Notes: generated by a model not told the origin, from the sequence alone. Counted from the first letter of the stretch, positions 39,156 through 49,885 are shown. The stretch: DNA of 64,000 bases from an uncultured Legionella sp. (GCA_964648115.1 CAZYME010000005.1:31755-95754); one strand, 5' to 3'. Made by a program: numbers and translations.

Positions 39156-40604
39156 ATGATGCACTCTTATGTTGAAGATAATGTAAAACCCGCCTATGAC
39201 GATGTTATCAGCGATATTGCTGATTATGTGTTAAACACAAACATAGATAGCACTGCTGCTTATGAAACAGCGCGGCTTTGTTTAATGGACACACTGGGTT
39301 GTGGTATGTTGGCGCTTAATTTTAGCGAATGTACTAAGCTTCTCGGGCCGATTGTCCCCGGTGCTGTGCTGCCCAATGGAGCACGCGTGCCTGGCACACA
39401 GTTTGAGTTGGATCCTGTGCAGGCAGCGTTTAATATAGGCACGATGATTCGCTGGCTTGATTTCAATGATACATGGCTGGCTGCAGAATGGGGGCATCCA
39501 TCTGACAATTTGGGGGCAATATTAGCCGTTGCAGATTACGTTAGTCGTCAGAACGAACAACAGGGGAAACCTGTGCTTCGTATGCACGATGTCTTAACAG
39601 CGATGATTAAGGCACATGAGATACAAGGCTGTATAGCACTTGAAAACAGCTTCAACCGTGTTGGATTGGACCATGTGTTTTTAGTAAAAGTTGCAAGCGC
39701 TGCTGTAGCTGCCCAGCTATTTGGTGGTGATAAAGATACCATCTTAAGAACACTTTCACAGGTGTTTGTGGACGGGCAAAGTCTGCGGACTTATAGGCAC
39801 GCACCTAATGCAGGCTCTCGCAAATCGTGGGCAGCAGGAGATGCTACAGCACGTGCTGTACGATTGGCACTTATCGCAGCTACCGGTGAAATGGGTTACC
39901 CCAGCGCATTAAGCGCGTCGACCTGGGGATTTTACGACGTACTTTTTGACAGTAAACCATTTAAATTTCAGCGCCCTTACGGTAGCTACGTCATGGAAAA
40001 CGTCCTGTTTAAATTATCATACCCAGCTGAATTTCATGCGCAAACAGCTGTAGAATGTGCAGTTATACTACATCCTCAAGTTAAAGCCCGATTTGATGAT
40101 ATTGCTCGTATTGAGTTAGTGACGCATGAATCCGCTATTCGTATTATCAGTAAACAAGGAGCGTTGCATAACCCAGCAGACCGCGATCATTGCTTACAAT
40201 ATATGGTAGCTATTGGTTTATTGCATGGTGATTTACGTGCTGAGCATTACGAAGATGATGTGGCATCCGATCCTCGCATTGATGTATTGCGAGAAAAAAT
40301 GGTTGTTAGTGAAAACGAGCAGTTTTCACGCGATTACCATGCGCCTGAAAAACGCTCTATCGCTAATAGTATTAAGTTGGTTTTTAAAGATGGCAGTGAA
40401 AGCGAGCTAGTTACGATTGAATATCCAATAGGGCACCGACGTCGAAGGGAAGAGGGCTTACCGGTCTTACTTGCCAAATTCAAACGGAACCTGAACACAC
40501 GCTTCTCATCAGAGCGAACCGATGAAATCATCCATAAAATGGACGACCCAAACGCGTTGGCTACAATGTCAGTATTAGACTTTATGGAAATGTGGCGGGG
40601 CTAG
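39156..40604 (+). CDS. prpD: 2-methylcitrate dehydratase
   Basis: MmgE/PrpD family ([27 protein letters not shown]). prpBCD order. Confidence 0.92.
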   Translation: MMHSYVEDNVKPAYDDVISDIADYVLNTNIDSTAAYETARLCLMDTLGCGMLALNFSECTKLLGPIVPGAVLPNGARVPGTQFELDPVQAAFNIGTMIRWLDFNDTWLAAEWGHPSDNLGAILAVADYVSRQNEQQGKPVLRMHDVLTAMIKAHEIQGCIALENSFNRVGLDHVFLVKVASAAVAAQLFGGDKDTILRTLSQVFVDGQSLRTYRHAPNAGSRKSWAAGDATARAVRLALIAATGEMGYPSALSASTWGFYDVLFDSKPFKFQRPYGSYVMENVLFKLSYPAEFHAQTAVECAVILHPQVKARFDDIARIELVTHESAIRIISKQGALHNPADRDHCLQYMVAIGLLHGDLRAEHYEDDVASDPRIDVLREKMVVSENEQFSRDYHAPEKRSIANSIKLVFKDGSESELVTIEYPIGHRRRREEGLPVLLAKFKRNLNTRFSSERTDEIIHKMDDPNALATMSVLDFMEMWRG

Positions 40605-40677
40605 GTATATTGTACCGCTTATGGTTCCTCGCCAATCAATGGGCGAGGAACCTACGATTAGCCTAATTAGGGCACTT

Positions 40678-41760
40678 TTACGATTTTCTAATCCGTTGCG
40701 CGTCGATTGCAAACGTAGCAAAATAATCATACGACATATAATAATCGCCATGGTCGCCAGCTTCTTTACCCCATGAATTCCTTAAGGTAAACAATCCCTT
40801 ATGCTTTACGCCCAGATCGTCAATAGCTACGGCATAGTCATCGTAACCAGTAACAATCATTGCGTGCAAACCGTACTGTAATCCAGGATTAGTACCATCA
40901 ATAAAATCTAGTGTATCTTTTTCAATTTTAGCGCTCAACACCCAACTGTCATTTGTCCTTGTAGTATGAAACTTACCTACGGCACCGTTTGCACCTAAGT
41001 TAATATCAACCAGAATTACGCCAAATAGTAATCGATCTTTTCCATTCAATGCCGTTTTTACATCCTGAATTGTTTTCTTAGCACTCGGATTATCCGCAAG
41101 AGTAAATTGGTCTATTACAGAAGACCATCCCACTTTCTTGCTTACAGAGGTACTAAGTTGGTGATATTCATAAGGAGACATCTCCGTAGAGGGTGTATTT
41201 GAGTCTTGGGTTGGATATTCCGTTAGGCCCCCGCAACCATTTGCAGTTTGCTGTTGTTTATTTATGACGCCGAAAATAGCTATCTCATCTAAAACAGCCA
41301 ATGGGTTAGATCCATTCCATCCACTTGGAATGTGTGCATTTTTTTCAAGGAAATTACCCAATTGTAGCAAGCATAACTGGCTTATGTTGCTTCCATTATT
41401 CAGAGCAGCATCAATTGCGGCTGTTGCTGCAAAAGTGACACATGAGCCGTGACGGCCTTGATCTAATACAGGTACATCGCTCATACCCAACTGAATTTTA
41501 CTTGTTAACTTTTGAGCGGAAAATTGTTGTTCTGTTTGTTCGAGGTGATTGCTAAGTTTATTTTTTATTTGTTCTTGTGCGGCATCCGATAACTCAACTT
41601 TCAACAATGTAACCTCTTTCACCCTGGACTGAGCACTACCGCGCAGAGAATAGTCGGTGATAGGAATAGTTTGCTCTAATGTACCAGTAATTTTCACACT
41701 TTCAGCGCCAACGCTACCGCTTGCCAATATAAGAAAAAATGCCCATCGTGATAAACGCAT
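40678..41760 (-). CDS. Secreted papain-like (C1 family) cysteine peptidase
   Basis: Signal peptide MRLSRWAFFLILASGSVGA. QGRHGSCVTFAATAAID (Cys), LHAMIVTGYDD (His) and LRNSWG (Asn-Ser-Trp) occur in canonical order. Confidence 0.6.
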   Translation of the reverse strand: MRLSRWAFFLILASGSVGAESVKITGTLEQTIPITDYSLRGSAQSRVKEVTLLKVELSDAAQEQIKNKLSNHLEQTEQQFSAQKLTSKIQLGMSDVPVLDQGRHGSCVTFAATAAIDAALNNGSNISQLCLLQLGNFLEKNAHIPSGWNGSNPLAVLDEIAIFGVINKQQQTANGCGGLTEYPTQDSNTPSTEMSPYEYHQLSTSVSKKVGWSSVIDQFTLADNPSAKKTIQDVKTALNGKDRLLFGVILVDINLGANGAVGKFHTTRTNDSWVLSAKIEKDTLDFIDGTNPGLQYGLHAMIVTGYDDYAVAIDDLGVKHKGLFTLRNSWGKEAGDHGDYYMSYDYFATFAIDAQRIRKS

Positions 41761-41858
41761 AATTAAAACGCCTTGAGTAAATTAATCTGTAATGCCCAAG
41801 GGATTTTACCGAAAGGATTATGAATTGGCAAGATGTAAAAATAAAGAACAAAAAATAC

Positions 41859-42677
41859 TTATAGCCGTCTGTGTAATCCAGCTGCTGTCATTATCTTTGT
41901 AGCAATTTCTTCTATTGAATAGCGTGTTGAGTTGAGAAAAGGGATATTTTCTTGTTGATACATCGCCTCAACTTCAGAGATTTCAATACGGCATTGTTCT
42001 GCCGAAGCATACTGACTGTTAGGTCGGCGTTCTGTACGAATATGTTGTAAGCGTTCTGAATCAATTGTTAAACCAAATAATTTTTTCTTATAAGGTTTTA
42101 AAGAATCTGGTAAACGGAAATCTGATAAATCCTCATCGGTGAAAGGATAGTTTGCTGCAAGTATCCCAAATTGTAGCGCCATGTATAGGCAACTAGGTGT
42201 TTTTCCGCAACGTGACACTCCAATTAAGATAATATCGGCCTTGTCGTAATCGCGCGTTTTTATGCCATCATCATGTGCTAATGTGTAATTAACTGCTTCA
42301 ATTCGTTGGTTATAGGTCTCAATGTCCGCAACCCCGTGTGTGCGTCCTACTGTGTAAGAAGATTTTGCATCAAGCTCTTGTTCAAGAGGGGCAAGAAACG
42401 TGCTGAACAAATCAAAAATACATGCTTCGGATTGATTAATATAGGCATTAATCTCCGGATTAACTAATGTCATGAAGATCAATGGCTTAATACCTGTTTC
42501 TTCATAGCATCTATTAATACGAGCAATCAATATATCTGCCTTTTCCATTGAATCAAGGTAAGGGACAGTCTCTTTTTCAAATTCGATATTTTCAAACTGT
42601 GTCATTAGACTATGCGCCAATGACTCTGCGGTGATACCGGTCCCATCCGAAATTATAAAAACATATCGCTTCATCAA
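41859..42677 (-). CDS. ppsR: Phosphoenolpyruvate synthase regulatory protein (pyruvate, water dikinase kinase/phosphorylase)
   Basis: VFIISDGTGITAESL at the N-terminus and the P-loop-like GVSRCGKTP, as in DUF299/PpsR. Confidence 0.85.
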   Translation of the reverse strand: MMKRYVFIISDGTGITAESLAHSLMTQFENIEFEKETVPYLDSMEKADILIARINRCYEETGIKPLIFMTLVNPEINAYINQSEACIFDLFSTFLAPLEQELDAKSSYTVGRTHGVADIETYNQRIEAVNYTLAHDDGIKTRDYDKADIILIGVSRCGKTPSCLYMALQFGILAANYPFTDEDLSDFRLPDSLKPYKKKLFGLTIDSERLQHIRTERRPNSQYASAEQCRIEISEVEAMYQQENIPFLNSTRYSIEEIATKIMTAAGLHRRL

Positions 42678-42827
42678 TGAAATATCCTATATCAAAAAAT
42701 AACGGCTAATTTATTTGTGCATACTTGGCAATATCTATACTATCTGCTATGTTGATTAAAATCATTAAGTTACTAGTTAATTTGTAATATTTAATAAATC
42801 CTGGAAACATCATCTTTAGAGATCCAT

Positions 42828-43304
42828 ATGGAACAAGATCGCTATCAAAAAAATCACATATTATTTGTTATAGGTTTATTTTCATTAGTCGTTTGTTTGA
42901 GTTTATTCGCGCTTAGCTTTTATATTATGCCTAATTTGTTATTCGGATGGCACTATGATACGCCAACATTTATTGTCAATGCGGTAGAGTGGATGCAATA
43001 CACCTACAATTATACCGCCACAGGGGCGTCTAAAACTGTATTTTTTGCTGTATTTTTCTTAGCACTATTTTTTGCAGGTATTGCTTACTTCTGCTCCAAT
43101 CGAATAGATAATCAAATTTATAGTTCCGAATTACAAAGCAATAAAAAACCCAAGATAATAGAAGATGGTTCCAAAGATGATGGGCTCCGATTGGCGTTAA
43201 AAATTCTATTTTTTACCATGCTTATATTTGCTGCGGGAGCATTATTTGAATGGTTCATCTATACTCCACCTCAATCAGAACAGTTTACCACTAACACTAA
43301 TTAG
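42828..43304 (+). CDS. Hypothetical membrane protein
   Basis: Three to four hydrophobic helices. No recognisable motif. Confidence 0.5.
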   Translation: MEQDRYQKNHILFVIGLFSLVVCLSLFALSFYIMPNLLFGWHYDTPTFIVNAVEWMQYTYNYTATGASKTVFFAVFFLALFFAGIAYFCSNRIDNQIYSSELQSNKKPKIIEDGSKDDGLRLALKILFFTMLIFAAGALFEWFIYTPPQSEQFTTNTN

Positions 43305-43335
43305 TGACGATGCGGCATAAGTATGAGGAGCTTTT

Positions 43336-43923
43336 ATGTGTTTCATTAAACGTTTTAAAATCAATAGATTAAATAAAAAATTAAAATCTATGCGACAAAA
43401 TCGCGTTCATAATCAACCCAGTGAAGACATATTACAGAAGGAGAGGGCTGATTATCATAAGTTAGCCGGAATTTACAAATCTCTAGAGGGCAAAAAAAAA
43501 TACCCTTTCGCACGTGACATGGCATTGGAGTGTTACCGCGCTGCATCGACAATAGATGATTCTGTTGCACAGTATGAACTTGGTAAAAGTTTATTGAATG
43601 AAGCAAAGTTCAGAGAAGAGCTGCAGGATAACAATGTTTTTGCTAGCCCAAGTAATGAGCGTCAAGCGAAACAATTATATGAAGAAGCTCATGCATATTT
43701 GCTAGCTGCTCAAAAACTAAAACACATAGAGGCTAAGCGTTTGTATGGTTTGTGTTACATCAATGGTTGGGGTGTTCCTGTGGATAAAGCCAAGGGGTTT
43801 GAGTTGGTCGTTGCCAGCATTGAGCAGGAAAATAGCTGGGACAGAGTTCCTCAAATTTTCGCGGCAATAGGGTTAAATAAGCCGGAATTTTTTTCTGCAT
43901 TAACGCAGCATAAAAATAAATGA
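43336..43923 (+). CDS. Sel1-repeat (TPR-like) protein
   Basis: AQYELGKSLL and AKRLYGLCYINGWGVPVDKAKGFELV are Sel1 repeat signatures. No signal peptide. The start is uncertain. Confidence 0.6.
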   Translation: MCFIKRFKINRLNKKLKSMRQNRVHNQPSEDILQKERADYHKLAGIYKSLEGKKKYPFARDMALECYRAASTIDDSVAQYELGKSLLNEAKFREELQDNNVFASPSNERQAKQLYEEAHAYLLAAQKLKHIEAKRLYGLCYINGWGVPVDKAKGFELVVASIEQENSWDRVPQIFAAIGLNKPEFFSALTQHKNK

Positions 43924-44065
43924 CCCTGAGAATATAAAAAAATCTGGATTTTTTGCTGACATTAAGTTAACTTCAATTCGAGAGAAGAAACATATAAATT
44001 AATAGTAAAACAGTAACATCGTAGTCGAATTGTACTTATTTAAGGAATACAGACTTAAAATAGTC

Positions 44066-44148
44066 CGTCGTTGCGAGCGTAGCAATCCAGCGGCCCTAAT
44101 GCCGCTCAGATAAAATCACTGGATTGCTACTCTACGCTCGCAACGACG
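44066..44148. repeat. Short copy C of the CGTC(T/G)TTGCGAGCGTAGC..AATCCAG palindrome
   Basis: CGTCGTTGCGAGCGTAGCAATCCAG-loop-CTGGATTGCTACTCTACGCTCGCAACGACG. The loop has the same orientation as copy A. Confidence 0.8.
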
Positions 44149-44241
44149 AATATCCCTTAAGCAAGTACCATTTGTATCGTAGCGCGCATTATGTGTCGCT
44201 CCATACGGGCTACATTGATTGGTTACTCTATGGATGGCTTT

Positions 44242-45123
44242 ATGATAAAAAAATTGAGTGTCTACACTCTGTCTTTGTTAACGTATTCAAATTTAACATT
44301 TGCAGCAGAAATGCACCCATCTTTTGCATCTGATATGTCAAAAACTGGTTTATTTGTTAAATTAGGTGAAAGTTATAACCCAGTTAAATTTGATCAATAT
44401 CTTAAAGCCAACGGCATTTCGAATATCTTCAATAGATCAACTTTAGTTGCTTTTGGGGCCTCTGGTGGGCCAGCTAACCCTTATCATGCCACACAATCTA
44501 CATTTTCTCCCGAAACCCAAATGGGCTATTTCAAGCACTTTACAAAAAGCGACAAGCTATGGGGCGTTAAATTTTTATCTAATTATTTGGGGATAATTTC
44601 TACCGACAAAGATCTTGATTCTCTACAGATGGATTCCCGCACAAATACAGCAGCTAACTATTCATCGAAGGCTTCTTTTGCGAGCAATGTTACCCAAACC
44701 AGTATTAACCATGAATTAGCTTTATTGGCATTTGTCGGGCACTCATTTACAAAAAGTCATGTATATTTAGGAGCAGGTCCTTCATTGTTTGGATCACAAT
44801 CTCATTTTTATGATGTAACTGGATATGCAGATGACACTGGTAATCATGTAGGTATTACGGGTATGCCGAGTAGTTTATCTAATTCTAAATGGATGTGGGG
44901 TGGCGCTGCGCAAATGGGTATGACTTACTACATTAACCCTACTTGGGTATTGGATTTGAGTTATACTTACGCCATCACAGGGCTTTATTCCGCAATAAAC
45001 AATACTTCATCGCCTTTAAATAATACCGTGGGTAGTTATTCAACATTGTATACAAACAACTCTCAACGAGTAACTGCGCAAGCAGTAACAGTCTCAGTGA
45101 ACAAGGTATTTTCGCTTTTTTAA
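44242..45123 (+). CDS. Outer-membrane beta-barrel protein (family unassigned)
   Basis: Start moved to MIKKLSVYTLSLLTYSNLTFA (signal peptide). Alternating aromatic/polar strands. C-terminal ...VNKVFSLF ends in Phe. Confidence 0.55.
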   Translation: MIKKLSVYTLSLLTYSNLTFAAEMHPSFASDMSKTGLFVKLGESYNPVKFDQYLKANGISNIFNRSTLVAFGASGGPANPYHATQSTFSPETQMGYFKHFTKSDKLWGVKFLSNYLGIISTDKDLDSLQMDSRTNTAANYSSKASFASNVTQTSINHELALLAFVGHSFTKSHVYLGAGPSLFGSQSHFYDVTGYADDTGNHVGITGMPSSLSNSKWMWGGAAQMGMTYYINPTWVLDLSYTYAITGLYSAINNTSSPLNNTVGSYSTLYTNNSQRVTAQAVTVSVNKVFSLF

Positions 45124-45217
45124 AGCTCCCTGGTTTTACTGAACCTAAATTGACCTAAAAGTGGTACCACAATTTCTTATTGTATTTCATCTTATTGTTT
45201 AGCCAACAAGGTTTATA

Positions 45218-46525
45218 ATGATAATTAGGCTGCTATACGTAGTATTTTCAATGGCTGGAATACTTTTTTCAACAACGCAAGCAGCCTCACTATCTGCAGT
45301 AGAAAAACAAATTAGTAAATATATAACTCAACAAAAAGATGAACAGCTTTCTTTATTGGAAAAATTAGTCAATATTAATAGTGGTACTGCTAATATTTCT
45401 GGCGTTCGCCAAGTTGGAAAAATTTTACAATTGCAATTTGAGCAACTGGGATTTAAAACCCGATGGGCAGAAGAACCTGCAAATATGCATCGAGCACCCA
45501 CATTGATTTTAGAGCGAAAAGGTACAACAGGAAAAAAACTACTACTCATAGGTCACTTAGATACAGTTTTCCCAAAGGACAGTTTATTCCAAAAATTTGA
45601 GCGATATGGAAATATTGCCACAGGGCCAGGTGTAATTGATGATAAAGGAGGAGATCTTGTTATTCTCTATGCATTAAAAGCATTGCAAGCTGCTCATGTT
45701 CTTGATAATACTACCATTACTATCGTGTTAACTGGCGACGAAGAAGACTCTGGAAAACCAACAACCATTTCAAGAAAACCACTATTTGACGCCGCTCAGG
45801 AGAGTGATATTGCTTTAGATTTTGAGTGGGCTATTACTTCTAATACAGCAACCATTGCTCGCAGAGGTATTACTAATTGGATGCTCAAAACGCAGGGAAA
45901 TGAGGCTCACTCTTCTGAAATTTTTCAGAAATCAGCTGGCTACGGAGCTATTTTTGAGTTAACACGCATCCTTAACACCATGCTTACACAACTTTCAGGA
46001 GAAAAATATTTATCTTTTAGTCCAGGACTTATTTTCGGTGGAACAACTATTAATTATGACAAAAATAAGTCACAAGGTTCGGTTTTCGGAAAAGGTAATG
46101 TTATTGCTAGAACTGCCATGTCAAAAGGAGACTTACGGTTTTTAACGCCTCATCAAAAACAAGATGCAGAGAAACGAATTTTAGCAATCGTGAAAAAACA
46201 TTTACCTGGCACTAGTGCTTCAATTAATTTTCAAGATGGAATTCCCGCCATGCCACCCAGTTCTAATAATTTAGAGCTATTGAAAAAATATAGTCGTATA
46301 AGTAGCGACTTAAAATATGGGCCAATTCTACCTCTTGATCCAGGAGTTCGCGGTGCTGGTGATATTTCTCATATAGCATCTATAGTATCTGCTAATTTGG
46401 CCGGTTTAGGTGCATTAGGGACTGGGGCTCATTCAGCAAAAGAAACATTGAAGATTGATTCCTTACCTATCCAGACACAACGCGCGGCCTTACTAATTTA
46501 CCGACTGATCCATATTAAACAGTGA
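45218..46525 (+). CDS. Secreted M20 family peptidase (glutamate carboxypeptidase / CPG2-like)
   Basis: Signal peptide. LLIGHLDTVFP, GVIDDKGG and LTGDEEDSG metal-site motifs. Confidence 0.82.
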   Translation: MIIRLLYVVFSMAGILFSTTQAASLSAVEKQISKYITQQKDEQLSLLEKLVNINSGTANISGVRQVGKILQLQFEQLGFKTRWAEEPANMHRAPTLILERKGTTGKKLLLIGHLDTVFPKDSLFQKFERYGNIATGPGVIDDKGGDLVILYALKALQAAHVLDNTTITIVLTGDEEDSGKPTTISRKPLFDAAQESDIALDFEWAITSNTATIARRGITNWMLKTQGNEAHSSEIFQKSAGYGAIFELTRILNTMLTQLSGEKYLSFSPGLIFGGTTINYDKNKSQGSVFGKGNVIARTAMSKGDLRFLTPHQKQDAEKRILAIVKKHLPGTSASINFQDGIPAMPPSSNNLELLKKYSRISSDLKYGPILPLDPGVRGAGDISHIASIVSANLAGLGALGTGAHSAKETLKIDSLPIQTQRAALLIYRLIHIKQ

Positions 46526-46596
46526 TCTATAAATTACACCGGTAAAATTTAAGCATTATGTGGCCCTTTTCATCAGGAACCCGCCTGGAGCTCAGA

Positions 46597-48285
46597 TTAT
46601 GCTTTTGTTGATGCCATAATATAGTGACTCATGTTTTTAGCAAGCTCCTCTTCATCAAAGAAAAACATACCCTTAATTTCTTGTTGTAATAAAAAAACCT
46701 CGTCTTTGTTTCTTGCTCGAATGGCTATTTTAATTTTAGGGTTTAGTCCGCGAGCTATATTAACAATGTGTCTTAGATTAAACACATCCGGGGTTGAGAT
46801 AACTAATATTGCAGCATGCTCAATGCGAGCTTGGACCAAAATAGCCGGCTCTGATGCCGGGCCATATACTGCTAATGTTTTATTTTGCCGCAATTGTGCA
46901 ACAATCTCGCGATTTTGATCTATTACAACATATGAAATACTCTTTTCCAGTAGTTTTTTTGTAATAAATTTACCGACCTTCCCATACCCTATAATTACGA
47001 CGTGTTCTAATAAGTGTTTTTTTGCTTTTGAGAAAGGTAGTTTACCCAAAGGATCCGCGGTCCGTTCAAGCTCTTTTACCCAAGTGTAATGGGTGCGCAC
47101 CCAAGCTTGAAGTGGCTCAATTATTTTAAAGAGAAGGGGGTTGATTGCAATCGAGATGAGAGCGCCTGCAATAATTAGCTCTTGTCCTTCGAGGGGAAGC
47201 AAATGCAAACGAACCCCAAGGCTTGCAAGAATAAAGGAAAACTCTCCAATTTGTGCGAGGCTTGCAGACACGGTAAGTGCGGTAGTTAATGGATACCTAA
47301 AAGTAAGAACCAAAATTGCGGCTACAATGGATTTGCCTAGCACAATAATGCCCACTACGGCTAAGATCCGGAAGGGCTCTTCCACAAATATGAGTGGGTT
47401 AAACAACATGCCTACAGAGACAAAAAATAGTACGGCAAAAGCATCGCGAAACGGTAAGGACTCTTCTGCAGCACGGCGGCTGAATTTTGACTCTCTAATA
47501 ATCATCCCAGCAAAAAATGCACCTAGGGCAAAGGATATTCCAAATAGCTTAGAAGCTGCAAAGGCAATGCTAACTGCTGCAACTATAATACATAAGGTAA
47601 AAAGCTCTCGAGAGCCCGTTCGCGCAATATGCCATAATATTTTCGGAAATACTAAACGACCAATTACCAACATGACGACAACAAATGCAACGACCTTGAA
47701 AATTGTTAATCCGAGGAGAGCAGCCCAATGTTGAGTTTCGCCTAATGTATGACCTTCGCCAACCCATTCAGCAATTAAAGGTAAAAAGACTAGCACTAGA
47801 ACCATTGCTAAATCCTCAACCACGAGCCATCCTACAGCTATTTGCCCATTGATAGAGCCCAAGAGACTTCGGGCTTCAAGGGACCTGATGAGAACCACGG
47901 TGCTAGCGACTGATAACGCCAGACCAAAGACTAGCGCGCTATATATATTCCACCCCCAGAAAATGGCGAGTAAAGCGCCTAAAAATGTAGCTGCAATAAT
48001 TTGTAGCAGCGCACCGGGGAGGGCAATCTTGCGTGTTTCTAATAAATTTTCTAGAGAAAAGTGCAGGCCAACCCCAAACATCAACAGCATGACCCCCATC
48101 TCAGCAAGTTCCGTAGTGATCTCTGTGTTAGCAACAAACCCTGGGGTAAATGGGCCGAGCATAACGCCTGCTAATAAATAACCAACAAGGGAGGGCAGTT
48201 TTAGTTTAACTGCAATAAATCCCATGATTAAAGATAAGCTTAAGGCGGTAGCGAGTGTGGTTATTAATGGTAAATTATGAGGCAT
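46597..48285 (-). CDS. CPA2 family monovalent cation:proton antiporter with C-terminal TrkA-N (KefB/YbaL-like)
   Basis: About 12 TM helices, then HVVIIGYGKVGK, a Rossmann KTN domain. Confidence 0.9.
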   Translation of the reverse strand: MPHNLPLITTLATALSLSLIMGFIAVKLKLPSLVGYLLAGVMLGPFTPGFVANTEITTELAEMGVMLLMFGVGLHFSLENLLETRKIALPGALLQIIAATFLGALLAIFWGWNIYSALVFGLALSVASTVVLIRSLEARSLLGSINGQIAVGWLVVEDLAMVLVLVFLPLIAEWVGEGHTLGETQHWAALLGLTIFKVVAFVVVMLVIGRLVFPKILWHIARTGSRELFTLCIIVAAVSIAFAASKLFGISFALGAFFAGMIIRESKFSRRAAEESLPFRDAFAVLFFVSVGMLFNPLIFVEEPFRILAVVGIIVLGKSIVAAILVLTFRYPLTTALTVSASLAQIGEFSFILASLGVRLHLLPLEGQELIIAGALISIAINPLLFKIIEPLQAWVRTHYTWVKELERTADPLGKLPFSKAKKHLLEHVVIIGYGKVGKFITKKLLEKSISYVVIDQNREIVAQLRQNKTLAVYGPASEPAILVQARIEHAAILVISTPDVFNLRHIVNIARGLNPKIKIAIRARNKDEVFLLQQEIKGMFFFDEEELAKNMSHYIMASTKA

Positions 48286-48501
48286 CTATGATTCCAATCC
48301 TTGGAGCACTATACACTTTGAGGTTATCGTTTGAGCACCCATAAGTAAAGCGGTTATCGCGGCATTGCTTAGCAGGGACCGAGTCAGGATACCTGTAAAA
48401 TTGACGGGTTTAACTTTTAAAGCGGCATTTTAGGGAGTGTTCATTGAGAGCAGTTAATTAACCGCTCTCGGAGAGGGGCCAGAAAGACCCCTTGTAGTTC
48501 A

Positions 48502-48945
48502 TTATTCTTCAACCTTGATTTCGATTTTTTTCTCAGACGCAGCTTCTTTTTTAGGAGTTTTGATTTCAAGAACCCCATGGGTATAGCGCGCTGTGATTTT
48601 TGCATCATCTGCAGTTTGGGGAAGACTGAAGCGACGATAAAACTGACCTTGAGTACGTTCTCTTCGGGTATAACCTTGATGTTGTTCCGTTTTATCAAAC
48701 TGACGTTCGCCTCTTAAGGTAAGAACGTGCTGCTCTAAGGAAATACTAATATCTTCTTTTTTAACTCCAGGAATATCTGCAATGACTAAAAAGCAGTCTT
48801 TTTCTTCTTTAATGTCCACCAAAGGCTACCAAGTGCTTGTTTCAATGTAGGAAGCGTCGTCCTGCTTTTGCAGGGTTAAAAAGATCATCAATAAAATGGC
48901 CCATATCACGGTACATGGGCAATGTTCTTCTTATAGTGTTCATGC
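48502..48945 (-). pseudogene. Disrupted small heat-shock protein gene (Hsp20/alpha-crystallin, GspA/IbpA-like)
   Basis: The track ORF (TTG start) begins inside the conserved W-x-P-x-VDIKEE motif. My translation gives ATG (48945) MNTIRRTLPMYRDMGHFIDDLFNPAKAG.., then a frame change, then ..QDDASYIETSTW-TAG-PLVDIKEEKDCF. The promoter and RBS are intact. Confidence 0.6.
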
Positions 48946-48979
48946 TGTCTCCTTAAATATGATGTTTTGGTTAATTCTT

Positions 48980-49007
48980 AGATAGGGACTCTTGTATAAA
49001 ATTCAAG
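48980..49007 (-). promoter_or_regulatory. Sigma32-type heat-shock promoter of hsp20
   Basis: Minus strand reads CTTGAA-14 nt-CCCTATCT (consensus CTTGAA / CCCCATNT), about 35 nt upstream of the ATG. Confidence 0.55.
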
Positions 49008-49039
49008 ATTGATATCTAAAATTTTGATGAGAATATTTT

Positions 49040-49885
49040 CTAATGCATGGCTCTAAGCCTAGCCACCCGCTCAAAAGTTAAAGGATGCGTAGCAAATAAA
49101 TTCGCAAGTTTCTCTCCGTTTAATGGATTAACAATAAATAGATGCGCTGTTGCTGGATGAGTTTCTGCTTCTATAAAATACTGTTGATGGCGCGCTTGTT
49201 CTAATTTAATCAGAGCACTAGCAAGCCAATGAGGATTACCACAAATTCGCGCCCCTCCAGCATCCGCTTCAAATTCCCTAGAACGTGAGATAGCCATTTG
49301 AATAAGTCCCGCAGCAATTGGTGCAAGAATCATCATGATTACTCCAACAATCGGATGCACATTCTGTTCTTTGTCATCGCTGTGATGAGAGGACACAGGA
49401 AACCACATCAACATATTAGCAAGTCCACTAATAGCACCCGCAATAGTGGCGCTGATAACGCTAATTAATGTATCGCGATGGATAATATGAGCGAGCTCAT
49501 GAGCTAAAACTCCTGTAATTTCTTCTTTAGTTAATTGTTCGACTAACCCGGTAGTTACTGCAATACTCGCATTTTGTGGATTTCGACCTGTAGCAAAGGC
49601 ATTGGGATTTAGGTTATTGATGAGGTAAACCTTAGGCACCGGTGTGCCTGCTCGGTGAGCAAGCTCTGAAACTATTCTATAAACAAAATGAGTGCTAGGT
49701 GCTAATTGAGCATGATATAAGTTCAATACAATACTATCGGAGCACCAATAGGCTGAAAAATTCATAATCCCTGCAAACAATAGCGCGATTAGAATTCCTG
49801 TGTGTCCACCTAGAACGCCACCAATGAATACTAATAGTGCCGTTAAAGTACCTAGATAAAGCATTGTTTTTAAATTATTTTCCAT
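49040..49885 (-). CDS. htpX: Membrane zinc metalloprotease HtpX (M48)
   Basis: [14 protein letters not shown] HExxH motif, four TM helices, and the EFEAD third-ligand region. Confidence 0.93.
   Translation of the reverse strand: MENNLKTMLYLGTLTALLVFIGGVLGGHTGILIALLFAGIMNFSAYWCSDSIVLNLYHAQLAPSTHFVYRIVSELAHRAGTPVPKVYLINNLNPNAFATGRNPQNASIAVTTGLVEQLTKEEITGVLAHELAHIIHRDTLISVISATIAGAISGLANMLMWFPVSSHHSDDKEQNVHPIVGVIMMILAPIAAGLIQMAISRSREFEADAGGARICGNPHWLASALIKLEQARHQQYFIEAETHPATAHLFIVNPLNGEKLANLFATHPLTFERVARLRAMH

Noticed and set aside
40623-40652. 11-bp-stem hairpin GGTTCCTCGCC/GGCGAGGAACC between the prpD and protease gene ends, considered as a terminator
   Set aside because: There is no U-run on either strand. 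It may be a REP-like fragment related to the TTCCTTCGCC family, so it was not called.
47141-47734. 197-aa plus-strand ORF (also 46631-46918 and 47849-48181)
   Set aside because: These are shadow ORFs antisense to the CPA2 antiporter gene.
48823-48830. In-frame TAG in hsp20 as programmed recoding (pyrrolysine or readthrough)
   Set aside because: It is accompanied by a separate frameshift upstream, and nothing in the window suggests recoding machinery. A pseudogene or sequencing error is simpler.
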